Assembly (NCBI GenBank): GCA_013265495.1
Contig: MU059256.1
Location: forward strand, 1,428,805-1,492,804
Direction of reading: 5' to 3'
DNA from: Vicugna vicugna
Taxonomy: Eukaryota
Length of the DNA stretch: 64,000 nucleotides
The notes beneath the pieces were generated by a model. The model saw only the letters and a list, made by a program, of their open reading frames with translations, had not been told where the DNA came from and did not search any database. The position numbers and the translations under genes were made by a program. Shown here piece by piece: positions 60,001 through 64,000 of the stretch. The first letter of the stretch is position 1. The number at the start of each line of letters is the position of its first letter.

Positions 60001-61810
60001 CTGAAGGAAGATAGTTTTAAGGACTGAGAGTCAGCAGACTTGCTCCTGGTCGCACAGTCGCCTTTGTGAATTGCGGGTCCAGACCCCAGGTGCTCCATCT
60101 CTTCACTCATCATCCTCCCCACATCCCATGCCATCCCTAGTCCTCTCCCACCCTGCTCTGAGTGCAAGGATAAAGAGCCCCCCAGAAAAGCCCTGAAATG
60201 CCCAACGATCATAAACCCAAGGTTCCAGCACTCCCAGAACATTGATTTCCCATGGAAAGTTTCTCCAAGAAATAAAGTGGCTTTAGGAATGCATTTCGGT
60301 GAGCTTCACAATCAAACATTTTGTAGTCACGGAAACAGCTCAGAGGTGGAGGAAATGAGACTTCAGCACGTGTGAGAACGCTACGAAGTGGTAGGGGCTT
60401 CCTTGGAGGGAGGAAGCCATGGAGAAAAGTGGGCTCTATATCTTGGGTGAGGTGCTGTGTAAACAGGGACAAGACCGATAAGGGGGGATGGGAAATCATT
60501 AAACCTAGGCGGAAACAACGCAACCTGGGGGCTAATGTTTACTGAATGGCTTTGTTTGGCAACCTAAGAAAAGACGGGGATTGGAAAGGAGAGCTTAAGA
60601 CCAGCTTTGACCTCCCTGTCCTTACATTTGCAGGTGGCCGGGTCATGATGTCCAAATACCAAACCATTCTCCAAAAGCTAGTGCGCCCTTGGAAATGTGG
60701 AGGGGCATGTAGGCAGGGAGGAGAGGGGAGGAGGAGGGGACCAAAAATAACTGAACCGCACATGCTAGCTGTATGATGAAGGTCTTAGCATTTGCCTGAT
60801 AGAGATACTGAGGCTTAAAGAATTCAACACCTCATCAACTCACAGAGTTAATAAGCAATGGGACCAAGATGTGAATCTAGACCTTTCTGGTTTCAAAGCT
60901 ATGTGCCGTTTTCAACACTACAAGGGAAGTAGAGAGTCCTTGCACTACAGTTAACGAGGGGAGAGTCAGGGGGTTTGAGGAGTCGCCCGACATGGTGGTG
61001 AAATCTCACGTGGGAGGGCGTATTTTTGCAGAGAGACACTATGTAACATCGTCAGATTCTTACAGAGTTTCTGTGACTCATGGGAGGTTAGGAGTTGCTG
61101 AGGTCCTGAGATGCAGAGAGAAGTTAGCAATTAAGTATTTCATGAGGCTGGTCTTTGCCGGCTCAGCAGAGGAGCAAGACTGCAGTCCCAGCCCGCGCGA
61201 GCTTACGGCCAGGTAGCAAGACAGATACACACGACCCTCGTATAAGATGGTAGGTGACTAGGAATTAAACGCATGTCTTGAACACAGCACCTCAGCGATG
61301 ACAGTAAAAATGAGGAGCAGGCAGAACCCAAGAAGACCCACTCAGTAGAGAAGGTGGGTCTTCACACAGACTTTGATGAATGGATGGGATTTGGGCTAAT
61401 GTTCAGCCCACTCTCACTTGGAACACTCATATTCCATAAGCTCAATGCTGGTTAGGTTTTCACTCCTAAAACAGAATAATGAAAGTTCCAATTCCCAGAA
61501 CACATTAGCTTAATGGATAGAACTTTCTCTATATTAAGTTTTTTTTTTTAAATAAGCTGTTCTTAAACTTTGGGTGCCTGTTACCTCCTGCCTGCTAGTG
61601 AGGGCTGTAGGCAACACAGAGAATGAACGAGTGGAAATAAATGCTAATGGGAAACCAGGAATGTATTTTCTTCAAAATATTTTATGTGTGATTATTCTTC
61701 TTTTGAGTTGCAGAGACCTGTGTGCATACAATATGGCCATATTTCCTGCTAGAAAAATCGTTCTTGGTCTGAATGATAGAATTAAATATGTCAATATTTC
61801 ATGGCATTTC

Positions 61811-61832
61811 TCACACACACACACACACACAC
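61811..61832. repeat. (CA)n microsatellite
   Basis: Direct reading. Confidence 0.95.
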
Positions 61833-62371
61833 AAACTGAGACTTCCGGGTGTTCCATCACCGAAACCACTTTGAAAGCCGGTGGGATAGACTGCAAGGTG
61901 GGGGCCGGGACAGATGGAGGTCATCCTAGATCAGGGAAGCAGAAAGGAGAACCTTTTTGTAGAGGTGAGAATGAATGCAGCCTGGCAGGGCCAAGTGTCA
62001 GCCCAGATGCCTGGAAAACTGCTTTTTACCTTTAAGATGCTGTGTAAATGGTAACCTCTAGAGGCAATTCTGTGACTCAGAAAAACTGACTTCCAGTCCA
62101 GTGCTCCCCGACTCCCCATTCTGCCCCAGCTCCTCTCCATCAGAAAGCACACACTGATGGGCCTTAAGTGGAATTCAATGGAATTTTCTCCCCACCCAAT
62201 GTTTTACAACATTTTTGATTATCAATATTTTAACTGGAATGATTTTTACATAAAAATCCCTATTTCTGGCTTCTCTTTAAAAACTGGAAGACAATAGCAA
62301 GCCTTCATTCTTAGGTGACAACCATAAGTACAGATGATAAACAGCTGCTCCCCTTAGGGGACCAGGGACTC

Positions 62372-62545
62372 TCCAGTCTTCATTCCTCAAAGTGTGGTCC
62401 ATGGACCAGCAGCATCAGCATCACCTGGGAGCTTGCTAGAAATGCAGAACCTCAGGCCCCACCCCAGACCTCCTCAATCGGAATCTGCATTTTAACAGCA
62501 TCGCCAGGTGCTTTGTTTGCACACTGGCGACTGAGAAGCACGCAT
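62372..62545. mobile_element. MER5A hAT MITE
   Basis: CAAAGTGTGGTCCATGGACCAGCAGCATCAGCATCACCTGGGAGCTTGCTAGAAATGCAG. Confidence 0.9.
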
Positions 62546-62699
62546 CTGGTTCCCCCAGTTCTGGCCCAGCCTGCTTCTCTTGTTTACCTCAACTGCCTGG
62601 CCCAGAAACATGTGACATCTCCGCTCCAGAACTTGTTCATGCTTAGAGCTACCAAGCCCCTACAGGACCTCAGCATCCATCATCACTGGACCTCATCCC

Positions 62700-64000
62700 A
62701 TCCCTGCTCGGCACATCCCCTAATCTCACCCATTTTCCCGGCCCTCCCGACCCTCACGTTGTGTCCTCTGAAGCTCACAATCTGTGTGCAGGAGATATTC
62801 TGACAACTACAACCCTTCTCCGAATATTCTCTTCACCTTCTTGTCCTCACTCTTGACCGTTTCAACATGTTCCCTGTACCTCTACCTACATTTAAGGTCT
62901 GAAAGTGGGGTAGCTCTCCTCTTTCTTGCTCCCAAATGCTGCCTCCTATCCATATACGTCCCCCACTTACACACACATGCACACACGCACACGCACAGCT
63001 CCTTGGAGGTCAGTGCAGCCATTGCCACCATCTAGACCTCCGTGTTGCCTTGGCCTCAGTCAAACCCCACTCACCTGTGTCTCTGTGTCCTCCCTAACCC
63101 TTCTACCACCATACGGTGACTTCAGAATCCACAAGTTGGGTCATCCAACATTTTGGCCTCTTAAGTTCCTTGACCTCACTTCTTCCAATTACCCATTTTC
63201 ACCCCAGCTGCCTCAGCCACCCAGCTCCACAGCCCTAATCTTGACTTTCTCATCGCCAATGACTATATCACCTTTGAGAAATCTTGATGTTAAGTGGTCC
63301 CTCTGATGACAACTACTTATCTTCCAACTCAGCCACACCAGGATCCCAGCTCAGCAACTCTGTGACCTCACTGAGGCTTCTAAATGGATCCCCGCCTCCC
63401 ACTTCTCTCCCCCAGTCACTTCCGGTCTTTCTTTGACCTCGTGCTTTGTCATTACAATCACTCTCTACCAAACACCTTTCATTCCTTTGCCACCTCTGTC
63501 TCTTCTTACCTCACTGGGCAAGCCCTGGGCATGATGAGATCTGACTCTCCACCTGCTGCAAGTTGCCAGCACAAAACACAATTTCATGCGATGACTGGTC
63601 CAAATTTAAATTCACGGCCAGAAATCCCACATTGGCACTCAGTGTTGCCTGGCAATCCTACCACACTCCCTGAGTAAGTTCACTTGCCTATTCTTCTAAG
63701 TGACTATTTCACACCTTCTACTCAAAACTCCTCCATCCTTTCCCCCCAAAATATTCATGCACATACTCATACTCAACAGCCACAGTCCTTATCTCGTGTT
63801 TGAATGCAATTAGAATCAGCTAGATAGACACTCTCTCCGATTTCCATACTGAAAAGATGTTCCTCTGAACCCGCCTTCCCTAGCTTTCCTCTTCTTTCTA
63901 TGGATGAAGTGTCCCTGTCCCTTTCCAAGGCCACCCCTCCTTTGGTGCTCCGGATCCAATTCATCTCTCCCAGCCAACAGCTTGCTCCTGCAATTCACCT
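62700..64000 (+). mobile_element. L2 ORF2 5' region (endonuclease/linker)
   Basis: GGTGACTTCAGAATCCAC = GDFRIH (APE GDFN(I)H motif) at 63115-63132, followed by AAGTTCCTTGACCTC (KFLDL); pyrimidine-rich, L2-like composition. Confidence 0.65.

Noticed and set aside
61506-61516. Pol III A-box-like TAGCTTAATGG
   Set aside because: No B-box or tRNA/SINE body downstream.
61730-61743. 14-bp perfect palindrome AATATGGCCATATT
   Set aside because: About four such palindromes are expected by chance in 64 kb.

Overview
Mammalian, repeat-rich, apparently non-coding DNA (intronic or intergenic). No protein-coding gene, RNA gene or CRISPR array could be supported. The style of the young L1 3' ends and the absence of recognisable Alu, B1, Bov-tA, PRE1 or Can-SINE copies suggest a cetartiodactyl, possibly a camelid (inference). 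The first ~9.2 kb is a decayed class I (ERV1-type) provirus on the minus strand: 5' LTR, tRNA-Leu-like PBS, gag, pro, RT, RNase H and integrase, with no env or 3' LTR. Three later insertions are nested in it: a solo LTR with a 4-bp TSD, a 3'-truncated L1 and an 80-bp L1 tip with a 13-bp TSD. The rest is a mosaic of L2, MIR, MaLR LTRs (including one LTR-int-LTR element), hAT and Tigger MITEs, L1 3' ends, microsatellites and two assembly gaps. The most interesting unexplained structures are a ~150-bp, ~79%-identical inverted repeat around a CpG-enriched spacer (33220-34181), a perfect 127-bp tandem duplication (54180-54432), a promoter-like solo LTR with triplicated CCAAT boxes and an octamer, and a few motif clusters and hairpins. 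I found no convincing novel multi-gene system. Repeat family names come from remembered consensus features, and repeat boundaries are approximate unless a TSD is given.
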